64,000 nt of DNA from an uncultured Chloroflexia bacterium (GCA_963797095.1 CAWCNY010000001.1:192001-256000), one strand, 5' to 3'; positions 23,325 through 34,309 are shown, counted from the first letter of the stretch. Made by a program: numbers and translations. The notes: a model not told the origin generated them from the sequence alone.

Positions 23325-24609
23325 TCCGAGATCCGAGATCCGAAGCCAAAGCTTGTTCCTGGTGGTGGCGCTGGGCGGGCTGGTGGTGGCGCTGGCGGTG
23401 GCGTTGATCTCCGCGCTGTTGGTGATGAACGCGCAGGAGAAGGACATTCAGGAACTGACGCGTTTTCTGTTGGTATCGGGGGTAGCGTCGATATTGCTTG
23501 GTGCCGTCGGTTTTCGGCTCGGATTGAGCAGACGCGTGCCTTCGCTGTCGATCACCATCGCGCTTGTGTATCTGGTGGGCGTGGCGGTTGTAGCGCTCAA
23601 CGTCATTTATACGTCGGTTAATATGTTTCTCTCGAAGCAGCACGACTTGCTGCTTCTCACTATTTTGCTGATCTTTTCGGCGGTAATCTCGCTCTTCTTT
23701 GCGATCTTTTTGTCGCAGAGCCTGGTATCGCGGCTGCGCGCGCTGCTTGGGGTGGCGCGACAGGTGGCGGGTGGGGACCTGACGGCACGCGTGGAGGTGA
23801 ATTCGCGGGACGAGATCGGGGAGTTGTCAACGGAATTCAATGGGATGGTGGAGCGGCTGCGAGAGATGCAGGAGCAGCGCGCCAAACTGGAGGCGTCGCG
23901 GAGGGAGCTGATCGCGGCGGTGTCGCATGACCTGAGGACGCCGCTGGCGAGCATGAGGGCGATGATCGAGGCGTTGAACGATGGGGTGGTGACCGATTCG
24001 GATACGGTGCAGAGGTATCTCAATACGATACAGAGCGAGACGCAGCACCTGGCTACGCTCATTGACGACCTGTTCGAGCTTTCGCAGATCGATGCGGGGG
24101 CGCTGAAATTGCACCTTGAGCCCACGTCGCTGGCCGACCTGGTGTCGGACGCGCTGGAGAGTATGAGCCCGCAGGCTGAGAAGAAGAAGGTGAAGTTGGA
24201 GGGGCAGGTGGAGGGGGAGATGCCCCGCGTGCCCCTGGACGCGCCGAGGATGCAGAGAGTGTTGTATAACCTGATCCAGAACGCCATCAGGCACACGCCG
24301 CAGGACGGCACGATCACGCTGACGGTAAGGGGGGCCACGGATGGAGTTGAGTTGACTGTGATGGATTCGGGTGAGGGAATACCGGAGACGGACCTGCCGC
24401 ATATTTTCGACAGATTCTACAGGGGCGAGCGGGCGCGTACCAGGGAAAGCCAGCATGGGCCGGGAGCAGGGTTGGGGCTTGCCATCGCGAAGGGGATCGT
24501 GGAGGCGCACGGCGGGTCGATCAGCGCCACATCAGAGCCGGGGCAGGGGGCTATTTTTCACGTAATGCTGCCAATAGTGGGCAGACCGGTGCGGGCACTA
24601 TCGATCTAA
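23314..24609 (+). CDS. HAMP sensor histidine kinase
   Basis: SHDLRTPL, NLIQNAIRH, DSGEGI, GAGLGL. Confidence 0.92.
   Translation: MKGDPRSEIRSQSLFLVVALGGLVVALAVALISALLVMNAQEKDIQELTRFLLVSGVASILLGAVGFRLGLSRRVPSLSITIALVYLVGVAVVALNVIYTSVNMFLSKQHDLLLLTILLIFSAVISLFFAIFLSQSLVSRLRALLGVARQVAGGDLTARVEVNSRDEIGELSTEFNGMVERLREMQEQRAKLEASRRELIAAVSHDLRTPLASMRAMIEALNDGVVTDSDTVQRYLNTIQSETQHLATLIDDLFELSQIDAGALKLHLEPTSLADLVSDALESMSPQAEKKKVKLEGQVEGEMPRVPLDAPRMQRVLYNLIQNAIRHTPQDGTITLTVRGATDGVELTVMDSGEGIPETDLPHIFDRFYRGERARTRESQHGPGAGLGLAIAKGIVEAHGGSISATSEPGQGAIFHVMLPIVGRPVRALSI
23323..23343 (+). repeat. Heptamer array (GATCCGA)x3 at RR/HK junction
   Basis: Begins in the RR stop codon; 21 bp keeps the frame of the HK N-terminus. 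Confidence 0.75.
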
Positions 24610-24873
24610 GTTCGGCCACTTAAGTGCTTACATTCCGCTAGCATTATGATATAATTGACCTAGTTTGCTACGAAGGGGTAACAAACCCGACCTCATCACT
24701 TCACAAACATAAGGGTTCGCTATGTTGCGCGTGCCGGTTCTTATTTTTATAGAAGTTGGCATGCATATTGCACCAGACAGGCTCCACGGGCGTATATTTA
24801 ATGGACGGTCTTGCCACCCGTGGTGGGACCAGGCGCGTGTAGACTCACGAACTCTGAAGGAACCAACCCCCAA

Positions 24874-26787
24874 ATGACCCGAATCTTAGAGCGAATTAAT
24901 GGCCCTGCGGATGTGCGCGGGCTGACGACGCACGAACTTGAAAAGCTCGCCGTAGAGGTAAGGCAGGAGATTATAGATACGATTAACTCGGTAGGAGGGC
25001 ATTACGCCTCCAACCTGGGCACGGTGGAATTGACCGTGGCACTGCACCACGTGTTCAATTCTCCGATAGATAAGATCGTGTGGGACGTGGGACACCAGGC
25101 ATATCCGCACAAATTGCTGACCGGACGGCGCAACCGTTTCCATACTATAAGGCAGCATGGCGGCCTGAGCGGCTTCCTGGCGCGAGACGAGAGCGAGCAT
25201 GATGCTTTCGGGGCGGGCCACGCTTCGACCTCGATCTCGGCGGCGTACGGTATGGCTGTAGCGCGCGACTTGAAAGGCGAGGACAACCACGTGGTGGCCG
25301 TGATAGGAGATGGGGCGCTTACGGGCGGGATGGCCTATGAAGCTCTGAATAATGCAGGACATTCGGACAGGAGGTTTATCGTTATTCTGAACGATAACGA
25401 GATGTCGATCGCGCCGAACGTGGGGGCATTGTCCAAGTACCTGTATGGATTGCGGACGGACCCGCGGTATGAGAGCGCGAAGGATATGATGGAGAAGGTG
25501 CTTTCGCACATGCCGTTCGGGGATTTCCTGCTCGATTGGGGCAAGCACGCCAAGGACTCGGTGAAAGAGTTCGTGGTGCCGACGATGATCTGGGAGGAGT
25601 TGGGTTTCATCCACCTCGGCCCGGTGGACGGGCACAACGTGCGCGAACTGGTAGCGGTGCTGGAAGCGGCCAAGCAGGCCACCAAGCCGGTGTTTATACA
25701 TACCATCACGGTGAAGGGCAAGGGGCACGACGTGGCGGAGGAGGACGCGGTCAAGTGGCACGCAATCGCACCTCCGGGCAAGCCGGGCGCTCCCAAGCCG
25801 ACCGCGCCCAAGTTCCAGGATGTGTTCGCGGAGGCGTTGATCAAGGCGGCGCGCGAGGACGAGCATATAGTGGCGATCACGGCAGCTATGCCGGACGGCA
25901 CTTCGCTGAACAGATTTGCCAAGATGTTCCCCGATAGGTGCTTTGACGTGGGGATCGCCGAGCAGCACGCGGTGACATTCGCGGCGGGGCTGGCGTGCGA
26001 GGGGATCAAGCCTGTGTGCGCGATCTACTCGACGTTTTTGCAGAGGGCGTACGACCAGGTGATACATGATGTGTGCATCCAGAACCTGCCTGTGGTGTTC
26101 GCCATGGATAGGGGCGGGGTCGTGGGCGATGATGGGAGGACGCACCAGGGGGCCTTCGACATTTCGTATTTGAGGCCGATCCCGAATATGGTGCTGATGG
26201 CTCCCAAGGACGAGAACGAATTGCAGCACATGGTGTATACGGCGGTCAAGCACAATGGGCCTATCGCGTTCCGCTATCCAAGAGGCAATGGGTATGGCGT
26301 GAAGATGGACGAGGAACTGCACGAGATCCAGATCGGGAAGGCGGAAGTGCTGAAAAAGGGTAGCGACCTGGCGATTGTGGCCTACGGCAACCCGGTGTAC
26401 TCGGCGCTGGCGGCTGCGGAGATGCTCGCCGAGTGCGGTATCGAGGCTGCTGTGATCAACGCGAGGTTTGCGAAGCCCCTGGACGAGGAGCTGCTGGCGA
26501 ACCTGGGCGCGAACTTCACTCGGATATTGACTGTGGAAGAAGGAGCGGTGCCCGGCGGGTTCGGCGATGCAGTGCTTGAGTTCTTCCACGGGCATGATAA
26601 TTTGGTGGAGCCGAAGATCAAGGTGCTGGGGCTACCCGACGAGTTCGTGGAGCACGGGCCGCAGGCGCTGTGGCGCGAGCAGTTCAACCTTTCCGCCGAG
26701 GGGATCGTGCGGGAGGTGCAGAAGCACTTCGGCGACCTGTTTGAGACGGGAGTGGTGGTGCCGTTGCAGGCACGCACTTCCAAGTAA
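24874..26787 (+). CDS. dxs: 1-deoxy-D-xylulose-5-phosphate synthase
   Basis: WDVGHQAYPHK, GDGALTGGMAYEALN, GIAEQHA, YSTFLQRAYDQ. Confidence 0.97.
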   Translation: MTRILERINGPADVRGLTTHELEKLAVEVRQEIIDTINSVGGHYASNLGTVELTVALHHVFNSPIDKIVWDVGHQAYPHKLLTGRRNRFHTIRQHGGLSGFLARDESEHDAFGAGHASTSISAAYGMAVARDLKGEDNHVVAVIGDGALTGGMAYEALNNAGHSDRRFIVILNDNEMSIAPNVGALSKYLYGLRTDPRYESAKDMMEKVLSHMPFGDFLLDWGKHAKDSVKEFVVPTMIWEELGFIHLGPVDGHNVRELVAVLEAAKQATKPVFIHTITVKGKGHDVAEEDAVKWHAIAPPGKPGAPKPTAPKFQDVFAEALIKAAREDEHIVAITAAMPDGTSLNRFAKMFPDRCFDVGIAEQHAVTFAAGLACEGIKPVCAIYSTFLQRAYDQVIHDVCIQNLPVVFAMDRGGVVGDDGRTHQGAFDISYLRPIPNMVLMAPKDENELQHMVYTAVKHNGPIAFRYPRGNGYGVKMDEELHEIQIGKAEVLKKGSDLAIVAYGNPVYSALAAAEMLAECGIEAAVINARFAKPLDEELLANLGANFTRILTVEEGAVPGGFGDAVLEFFHGHDNLVEPKIKVLGLPDEFVEHGPQALWREQFNLSAEGIVREVQKHFGDLFETGVVVPLQARTSK

Positions 26788-26796
26788 GAAGGTTGG

Positions 26797-26841
26797 AATA
26801 AAGAAAAGCAGGTGGTCGGCAGCCACCTGCTTTTCTTTATT
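26797..26841. terminator. Intrinsic terminator (19-bp perfect inverted repeat)
   Basis: AATAAAGAAAAGCAGGTGG-7-CCACCTGCTTTTCTTTATT. Confidence 0.85.
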
Positions 26842-26908
26842 CGCGTAGAGAGCTCGGTTTTGGGTTGGCTGGCTTTGGAGTCGGGTTTGAAGTTTTTGGG
26901 GAGGAGAG

Positions 26909-27439
26909 TTGGAGAAGGAAGTGTTGCATATTGGGGCGGGCAGCAGGAAGATCAAAGGGGCGGTTACGCTGGATATCAATCCACGGCTGGAGCCGGATGT
27001 GGTGTGGGACTTGAACGTGTTCCCCTACCCGTTCGAGGATAGCAGGTTTGACCTGGTGGTGTGCGAGCACGTGATCGAGCACCTGGACCACGTGATCAGT
27101 GTGATGGAGGAGTTGCACCGGGTGACCAGGGCGGGCGGGAGAGTGCTTGTGAGAGTGCCGCATTTTTCGAGCCTGAACTTCAATACGGATCCCACGCATG
27201 TGCATGCTTTCTCGTCGCGCAGCTTCGATTATCTGTGCGTGGATACGCCTTTTGAGCGATATGATTACTCGACGGCGAAGTTCAGGAAGCTGGTGGGACG
27301 GATGGATATGCAGCCCCATACGGCGTTCAATAAGGCGTTGATGCGGGCGATCAACCGTTTTCTGGTGTTCTACGAGGAGCACCTGGCGTATATAATACCG
27401 GGGCAGGAGTTGTTGTTTGTGCTTGAGGTGGTGAAGTAG
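26909..27439 (+). CDS. Class I SAM-dependent methyltransferase
   Basis: LHIGAG, HVIEHL, DPTH motifs. Confidence 0.8.
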   Translation: MEKEVLHIGAGSRKIKGAVTLDINPRLEPDVVWDLNVFPYPFEDSRFDLVVCEHVIEHLDHVISVMEELHRVTRAGGRVLVRVPHFSSLNFNTDPTHVHAFSSRSFDYLCVDTPFERYDYSTAKFRKLVGRMDMQPHTAFNKALMRAINRFLVFYEEHLAYIIPGQELLFVLEVVK

Positions 27440-27461
27440 GCGAGTGGCGAGTGACGAGTGG
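27439..27461 (+). repeat. Heptamer array (GGCGAGT/GACGAGT)
   Basis: ggcgagtggcgagtgacgagtgg immediately after the stop codon. Confidence 0.8.
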
Positions 27462-27484
27462 TGCGCGTTCGAGAGGAAAAAGGT

Positions 27485-28516
27485 ATGGAAACTGAGGACC
27501 GGAAAGCCGATCATATCAGGATTTGCCTGGAGGAGGACGTGTCGGGGCGGGGGGTGACTGCGGGGTTTGAGCGGTGGCGGTTTGTGCACCAGGCTTTGCC
27601 TGAGATCAACTTGCGGGATGTGGATAGTTCGCTGGAGTTGTGGGGGCGGAGGCTGAAAGCGCCTCTACTTATTTCGTCCATGACGGGTGGGACGGCGCGG
27701 GCCGGGGAGATCAACCGGAACCTGGCGCTGGGCGCGCAGGAGATGGGGATCGCGATGGGCGTGGGGTCGCAGAGGGCGGCACTGGAGCGGCCTGAGCTTG
27801 CGGAGACGTACCAGGTGAGGCAGTACGCGCCCGATATTACGCTGTTTGCCAACGTGGGGGCGGTGCAGTTGAATTATTCATATGGGGTAGCGGAGTGCAG
27901 GCGGGCGGTGGATATGATCGAGGCAGACGCGCTGATATTGCACCTCAACGCGATACAGGAGGCGGTGCAGCCGGAGGGGGATACAGATTTTGGCGGGTTA
28001 GTTGGGAAGATCGAGAAGGTGTGTCGTGAAGTGGGCGTGCCCGTGATCGCGAAGGAAGTGGGGTGGGGGATCTCGTCTGAAGTGGCGCTGGTGCTGTGGA
28101 ACGCTGGAGTGAGCGCGATAGATGTGGCGGGGGCAGGGGGAACATCGTGGAGCCAGGTGGAGGCGCACCGCATCGGGACTGAGAGGGGGAAACTGGTAGC
28201 CGAGGCGTTCGCGGGATGGGGGATACCTACGGTGGAGAGCTTGCAACTGGTGCAGAGGCTGACTATGCCGGAGGGTGGTGTGGTGTTTGCCAGTGGAGGG
28301 GTGCGGAACGGGTTGGACGTGGCGAAGGCAGTGGCGCTGGGGGCCACTTTGGCGGGGATGGCGCGGCCCTTCTTGAAGGCGGCGGCGATGTCGGCGGAGG
28401 CGGTGGTGGAAGTTGGCGGGGTAATTCAGGACCAACTGAGGATCGCTATGTTCGGGGTGGGGGTAGGCACTCTCGATGATATGCGACATACCCCCCATAT
28501 TGTGGAGATCAGATAG
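27485..28516 (+). CDS. fni: Type 2 isopentenyl-diphosphate isomerase
   Basis: RKADHI, SSMTGG, GSQR, HLN..QE..QPEGD, KEVGWG, GGTSW. Confidence 0.95.
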   Translation: METEDRKADHIRICLEEDVSGRGVTAGFERWRFVHQALPEINLRDVDSSLELWGRRLKAPLLISSMTGGTARAGEINRNLALGAQEMGIAMGVGSQRAALERPELAETYQVRQYAPDITLFANVGAVQLNYSYGVAECRRAVDMIEADALILHLNAIQEAVQPEGDTDFGGLVGKIEKVCREVGVPVIAKEVGWGISSEVALVLWNAGVSAIDVAGAGGTSWSQVEAHRIGTERGKLVAEAFAGWGIPTVESLQLVQRLTMPEGGVVFASGGVRNGLDVAKAVALGATLAGMARPFLKAAAMSAEAVVEVGGVIQDQLRIAMFGVGVGTLDDMRHTPHIVEIR

Positions 28517-28517
28517 C

Positions 28518-28886
28518 ATGCAAGTGGTCGGGTTGGACCACGTACAGGTGGCCGCGCCTCACGAGCCTGATAGTGAGGAGAAGGCGCGCGCGTTTTACGG
28601 TGGGGTGCTGGGTCTGAGAGAGGTCGAGAAGCCCGACATCCTCAAGTCGAAGGGCGGGGTATGGTTCTCGCTGGGAAGCGTGGAGTTGCACATAGGGATC
28701 GAGGAGAGGTTCAGCCTGGCTCGGAAGGCGCACCCGGCGTTGTTGGTGCGTGGATTGGGGGAATTGCGCAAGAGGTTGGAGGGGTTGGGGTATGAGATCT
28801 TGGAGGCGGAGCAGATACCGGGCGTGGTGAGGTTTTACGTGTACGATCCGTTTGGGAACAGGATCGAACTGATGGAGAGAGCGTGA
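28518..28886 (+). CDS. VOC/glyoxalase family protein
   Basis: LDHVQVA, HPALLV, DPFGNRIELME. Confidence 0.88.
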   Translation: MQVVGLDHVQVAAPHEPDSEEKARAFYGGVLGLREVEKPDILKSKGGVWFSLGSVELHIGIEERFSLARKAHPALLVRGLGELRKRLEGLGYEILEAEQIPGVVRFYVYDPFGNRIELMERA

Positions 28887-29467
28887 ACGGCGATAAGCCT
28901 GTGGGTGAGACGGTGGGGTGGCACCTTGAGGAGACCACTTACCCGTTTGTTACTCCGTGGGTGATTTTGAGACAGGATCGGATCGCGATAGATGGTTATG
29001 GGGAGATCGAGTACGCGTATCGCGAGAGCAGAGGTGCGGTTGTGATCGTGCCTGTGACACGAGATGGGAAGATGGTACTGATCAAGCAGTACAGGTGGAC
29101 GGTGGACGATTGGTGCCTGGAAGTGCCTGCGGGGGGGATGCACGACAGGGAAGGGGTGGAGCCGGAGGTCGTGGCGCGGGAGGAGTTGCACGAGGAGGCG
29201 GGGGCCACCTGCGAGGAGCTTGTGCTGGTCAGCGAGACTTATTCGAACAACGCGACCACCAACGAGGTTATGCGCGTGTACCTGGCGACGGGAGTTGAGC
29301 TGGGCGAAGCGGTGTCGCGTGAGGTGACGGAACGGATCGAGGTGGTGGTTGTGCCGGTGATCGAGGGAATCGAATTGGCGCGGCGGGGTGAGATGAAGGA
29401 TGCATTGAGCGCGCTGGCGGTGTTACAGTGCGAGCCGAGGTTGCGGGAGATGTGGTTGGTTGGATGA
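28883..29467 (+). CDS. NUDIX hydrolase (ADP-ribose pyrophosphatase-like)
   Basis: QYR, EVPAG...AREELHEEAG Nudix box. Confidence 0.88.
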   Translation: MNGDKPVGETVGWHLEETTYPFVTPWVILRQDRIAIDGYGEIEYAYRESRGAVVIVPVTRDGKMVLIKQYRWTVDDWCLEVPAGGMHDREGVEPEVVAREELHEEAGATCEELVLVSETYSNNATTNEVMRVYLATGVELGEAVSREVTERIEVVVVPVIEGIELARRGEMKDALSALAVLQCEPRLREMWLVG

Positions 29468-29505
29468 TATAGGGTGCGCATGCGCAGAGGGCGAGGGAGG
29501 TAGAG

Positions 29506-29826
29506 ATGCTGCTTGCGAGGAACGATGCTTCGACACCTGACAAGGGGTGGTATATGGACCTGTTCAGGCCCGAATTACCGGCCATTGGGTTTGCGAACGC
29601 GGGGATCAACGAACCGCATTATCACAGGGAGTTGCGAGAGATCTATCTGGTGGCGCGGGGCAGCAGCAGGATGGTAGTAGACGGTGAGGAGATCGTACTG
29701 AACGCCGGGGACGTGATTGTAGTTGAGCCTGGGGAGACCCACACGTTTGTGTGGAATTCCGAAGATTATCTTCACTTTGTGTTGCACTGCCCTATGATCC
29801 GGGGCGATAAGGTGGTTGTTCCATGA
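29506..29826 (+). CDS. Cupin domain protein
   Basis: HYH...EIY...G, GDVIVVEPGETH. Confidence 0.8.
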   Translation: MLLARNDASTPDKGWYMDLFRPELPAIGFANAGINEPHYHRELREIYLVARGSSRMVVDGEEIVLNAGDVIVVEPGETHTFVWNSEDYLHFVLHCPMIRGDKVVVP

Positions 29827-30584
29827 CCAGCTGGCAGTTGCCTTTGCTAGTCGAGGGGGCGCGCGGCTTGGGATTTGAGTTGAGCGAGAGACAGATAGGG
29901 CAATTTCGGCTCTATTTTGAGATGCTGGTCGATTGGAACAGTAGAATGAACCTGACGGCGATTACCGACATTGAAGGGGTGCAGGTGCGGCATTTCGTGG
30001 ACAGCCTGACGGTGGGCGCTGCCCTGGTTGGCGAATTGAGGGGCGTGCCGCCGGGCGGTTTCAGGCTGGCCGATACCGGTACGGGGGCGGGGTTTCCGGG
30101 GGTTCCATTGAAGATAGTATGGCCGCAGGTGAGGCTCACGCTGGCCAATTCGGTGGGGAAGAAGACCACCTTTCTCACGGAGCTTTGCAAGGGGTTGGGA
30201 TTGGAAGGGGTGGAGGTAAATACTACACGGGCTGAAGAGATGGGGCAGGATCGTAAGCACCGGGAGCGGTATGATGCTGTGACGGCGCGTGCGGTGGCTT
30301 CGCTGCCGGTGCTGTGCGAGTATTGCCTGCCGCTGGTGAAAGTAGGCGGCTACTTTTTCGCGCCCAAGAAGGGCGACATATCCCAGGAGATTAAGAAAGG
30401 TGGGAAAGCAAGTCTATTACTGGGCGGTGATGGGCCTAGATTACGGCACTTTAGACTGCCTGGAGAAGATGAGGAGAGGTCCGTTATTGTAATTAAGAAG
30501 GTGAGGGGCACGCCACCGGGGTATCCCCGCAGGGTAGGGTTGGCGAAGTCACAGCCATTGGGGGCAAAGCAAAAAGATGACTAA
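29823..30584 (+). CDS. rsmG: 16S rRNA m7G527 methyltransferase
   Basis: WNSRMNLTAI, HFVDSL, GTGAGFPG, RAEE, ARAVA, YPRR.G. Confidence 0.93.
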   Translation: MTSWQLPLLVEGARGLGFELSERQIGQFRLYFEMLVDWNSRMNLTAITDIEGVQVRHFVDSLTVGAALVGELRGVPPGGFRLADTGTGAGFPGVPLKIVWPQVRLTLANSVGKKTTFLTELCKGLGLEGVEVNTTRAEEMGQDRKHRERYDAVTARAVASLPVLCEYCLPLVKVGGYFFAPKKGDISQEIKKGGKASLLLGGDGPRLRHFRLPGEDEERSVIVIKKVRGTPPGYPRRVGLAKSQPLGAKQKDD

Positions 30585-31502
30585 ACGACCTGACAACCTG
30601 ACGATGGCGGTTTTCGCGTGCGTGATATTGATCGGCGGTGGGAACGCGGTAGGAATCCGGCTGAGCAATCGCGAGCTTGCTCCGCTGTGGGGCGGCAGCC
30701 TGCGTTTTGTGCTGGCTTCGGCGATCTTTTTTGTGTTGATAGCGGCCCTGCGCCTGTCTCTGCCGAGGGGTAAGGCGCTGTTGGGGATGCTGATATACGG
30801 ATTGGTGGGTGGAACGTTGGTTTCGGGCTGGTTTATTTCGGGTTGAAAGATGTAAGCGCAGGGACCGGACAGGTTCTCCTGGCGTTATCACCCCTTTTTA
30901 CGTTTTTCCTTGCGCAATTGCAGGGACAGGAGCATTTCAGGTGGCGCGGGCTGGTGGGGGCAGTGCTGGCGGTGGTGGGCATCGCGTTCGGGTTCTGGGA
31001 ACAGTTGAGCGCGAACGTGCCGCTGTTGTCGTTGCTGGCGCTTGTGGGTGCAGCTGCATGTTTCGCCGAAGCGGGCGTGCTGGGGAAGATGATCCCAGGC
31101 GTTCACCCGGTTACGACCAATGCGCTTGCGCTTGGGATTGGTGGGGTGGGGCTTTTCGTGCTATCGGTGGTTGTGGGAGAGAAGCATGAGTTGCCGTCTT
31201 TGGCGGTGACGTGGGGTGCGCTGGCCTACCTGGTTGGGGCCGGTAGTGTGCTGCTTTTTGGTGGTTACATATTCGTGCTGAGGCGATGGACTGCGTCGGC
31301 CACATCGTATCAGAACGTGCTATTTCCGTTTGTGACGGTGGTGCTGGCGGCGCTGTTGCTTGGTGAGCCGGTGACCTGGCCGCTGGTGGTCGGTGGGTTG
31401 CTTGTGCTGGCAGGGGTCATGGTGGGAACTTCGAGCGGCGAACGGAAGGTGGGTGAGAACAAGCGACCGGTGATGGCGACAGAAGGCGCCAGTGACGAGT
31501 AG
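30577..31502 (+). pseudogene. EamA/DMT transporter split by a 1-nt frameshift near 30817
   Basis: Two ORFs (30577-30846, 30843-31502) join into one EamA if one base is added (..GT-F-GFGLVYFGLKD..). Confidence 0.75.
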
Positions 31503-31507
31503 AAGAG

Positions 31508-32437
31508 CTATTTGAGCAGAGGGCTTGTGCCTCCCCAGTGGTTGGCGAAGTGGTCGTAGAAGAGGAAGTTCTGGGCGTAGCCTGCCAGGTCGCCGAAGCG
31601 GTCGCGGAAGGCCCCGGCTACAGTTCGATAGGCGGTGTCGGTGATGGTGCGGCGGTCGGCCCAGTTGGGGAAGTAGAGGTCTTTTGCCAGCTGCCAGACA
31701 TGGGTATCGACTGGCACGGCTTCGGTCTTGTCGAGGGAGAACAGGCAAACGCAATCTGCAATTTTGGCTCCTATGCCGTTGAGGGCTACGAGTGCGGCGT
31801 GGGCTTGGGGGTAGGGAAGGTCGCGCAGGTGAGAGGCCCAACCGGGACCGCGCTCGGCTATCTGGCGGGCGACTTTTACGACGTTGCGTCCACGGAAGCC
31901 TAGCGATGATACGGCGGTGAGGTGGTCGGGGTCTACTTCGGCGAGGGTAGTGGCAGGAGGGAAGGCGTGGTAGGTCTCGCCTTCAAGCTCGGCGAGAGGT
32001 TGGCCGAAGTGCTTGCTGAATTGCGCGATGGAGTGGGCGATGCGCGGCACGCTGTTAGCGGTGGAGCAGACGAAGGAGAGTATGCACTCCTCAGGGTCCT
32101 GGCGAACGAGGCGGAGGCCGGACCAACGACGGGCTGCTTCGCCCGCGGCGGGGTCGGCCTGCTCGATGTGACTGACGATAGCGGACAGGTCTACGTCGAG
32201 TTGGAAGTAATCGCGGAGCAGATCTTCGGTGACGGTATCAGGGTAGCTCCACCAGGAGAAAGTGTCTCCATCCTGGCGAATGCCGAGGATCGATTGGCCT
32301 ACGACGCCTATCCAGAGGCCGTCTTTGCGTCTGCGCCAGCGAAAGCACTGGCCGGAGGCGAGGGTGTGATCGAGGGAGAATTGGGCCGGATCGTAAGTGA
32401 AGGTATGCGTTGTTGGCTGTGTGGCAATTGTGCTCAT
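31508..32437 (-). CDS. 8-oxoguanine DNA glycosylase (Ogg/HhH-GPD family)
   Basis: TLASGQCFRW, RQDPEECILSF, GIGAKIADCVCLF, PVDTHV, AGYAQ. Confidence 0.88.
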   Translation of the reverse strand: MSTIATQPTTHTFTYDPAQFSLDHTLASGQCFRWRRRKDGLWIGVVGQSILGIRQDGDTFSWWSYPDTVTEDLLRDYFQLDVDLSAIVSHIEQADPAAGEAARRWSGLRLVRQDPEECILSFVCSTANSVPRIAHSIAQFSKHFGQPLAELEGETYHAFPPATTLAEVDPDHLTAVSSLGFRGRNVVKVARQIAERGPGWASHLRDLPYPQAHAALVALNGIGAKIADCVCLFSLDKTEAVPVDTHVWQLAKDLYFPNWADRRTITDTAYRTVAGAFRDRFGDLAGYAQNFLFYDHFANHWGGTSPLLK

Positions 32438-32444
32438 AGTGCAA

Positions 32445-33233
<789 letters not shown>

Positions 33234-33249
33234 GTTGGCTCCTGGGTGG

Positions 33250-33300
33250 TGGACGAAAGACGATGGTAGTCGGTAGTTCCTGGTTCCTGGTTCCTGGTTG
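33250..33300 (+). repeat. Composite heptamer array (GACGAAA, GGTAGTC, GTTCCTG x3)
   Basis: gacgaaagacgatggtagtcggtagttcctggttcctggttcctgg. Confidence 0.8.
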
Positions 33301-33432
33301 GAGGAGTGGTGACCGGTTAATGATACTATGGAAAATGGTGGGGTGCTGGGTTGTGGGGTCTGGTGGATAGGGGTTTTGTGCACAAGTAAGTGGGGATGGG
33401 AAGGGGTTGTGGCTGCCAAGATGAAATGATCT

Positions 33433-33511
33433 GTAGGGGCATCCCTTGTGGGTGGCCCGACGGGGAGTGGTCATGTTAGGCAACCAGGGCATCCTTAGGG
33501 GGTGCCCATAT
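33433..33511. repeat. GTAG-type REP inverted doublet (degenerate)
   Basis: GTAGGGGCATCCCTTGTGGGTGGCCC ... GGGCATCCTTAGGGGGTGCCCATAT. Confidence 0.6.
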
Positions 33512-33524
33512 AATGCGGATCTTT

Positions 33525-33566
33525 AAAAGGATAGCCCTCCTGGCTTTCGCTCGGAGGGCTATCCTT
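33525..33566 (-). terminator. Intrinsic terminator of rplU-rpmA-rpmE
   Basis: AAGGATAGCCCTCC / GGAGGGCTATCCTT stem followed by T-run on the minus strand. Confidence 0.8.
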
Positions 33567-33582
33567 GGGGTGGGGTGGGAAA

Positions 33583-33948
33583 TTATGCTTCGGTTGTGGA
33601 AGTTGCTGCCTCGGTCTCTGTCGAGTCCTCGGCTTCTGCTTCGCCTTCGCCCTCGGCCGGGCGCTGTCTGCGCTCCTGGGGCGGAGGGGCAATGTTGGCT
33701 TTGTTCTTGGAGCCGCGCTTGGCACCGGCGACGGGGCCGGTGGCGACTGTGCGGTTGTTCATGCGGCGCAGGAAGCGCTCCACCTGTCCTGCGGTGTCAA
33801 CGATCCTCTGCTCTCCGGTGAAGAAGGGGTGGCAATTGCTGCAAAGGTCGGTCTTGAGGGTTTCCTTGGTGGACATTGTCTGCCAGGAGTTGCCGCAAGC
33901 GCAAGTGACCGTTGCTAGCACGTATTTTGGATGGATACCTGTTTTCAT
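33583..33948 (-). CDS. rpmE: 50S ribosomal protein L31 (Zn-binding type) with acidic C-terminal extension
   Basis: [29 protein letters not shown]. Confidence 0.95.
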   Translation of the reverse strand: MKTGIHPKYVLATVTCACGNSWQTMSTKETLKTDLCSNCHPFFTGEQRIVDTAGQVERFLRRMNNRTVATGPVAGAKRGSKNKANIAPPPQERRQRPAEGEGEAEAEDSTETEAATSTTEA

Positions 33949-34045
33949 TTCCTATGTTTTCCTTTTGAATATCTGACCGATGACCAATGACGGAGGTAGG
34001 ATAAGACCTGTGGCCGTTGGTCTTTCGTCGTTCGTCCGTAATATA

Positions 34046-34309
34046 TTATGCTTCGGCGGGAGCGTATACGCTCACACGCTTGCGTTCTTTGCTGGCGTTC
34101 TCGAACTTGACGGTGCCGTTCACCAGTGCGTAGAGGGTGTGGTCTTTGCCGATACCCACGTTGTTGCCCGGGTGAATTCTGGTGCCGCGCTGTCGTACGA
34201 TGATCGTGCCTGAGTGAATCATCTGGCCGTCACCACATTTGACGCCTAGCATTTTGGGTTTGCTGTCGCGCCCGTTGCGCGAGGAACCCACGCCTTTTTT
34301 ATGTGCCAT
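34046..34309 (-). CDS. rpmA: 50S ribosomal protein L27
   Basis: [24 protein letters not shown]. Confidence 0.97.
   Translation of the reverse strand: MAHKKGVGSSRNGRDSKPKMLGVKCGDGQMIHSGTIIVRQRGTRIHPGNNVGIGKDHTLYALVNGTVKFENASKERKRVSVYAPAEA

Noticed and set aside
24886-26595. Long antisense ORFs (569 aa opposite dxs; similarly 9734-10849 and 43436-44545)
   Set aside because: Typical high-GC shadow frames opposite well-supported genes, with no recognisable motifs
30805-30846. Programmed ribosomal frameshift in the EamA gene
   Set aside because: No canonical slippery heptamer or obvious stimulatory structure; point deletion or sequencing error is more likely
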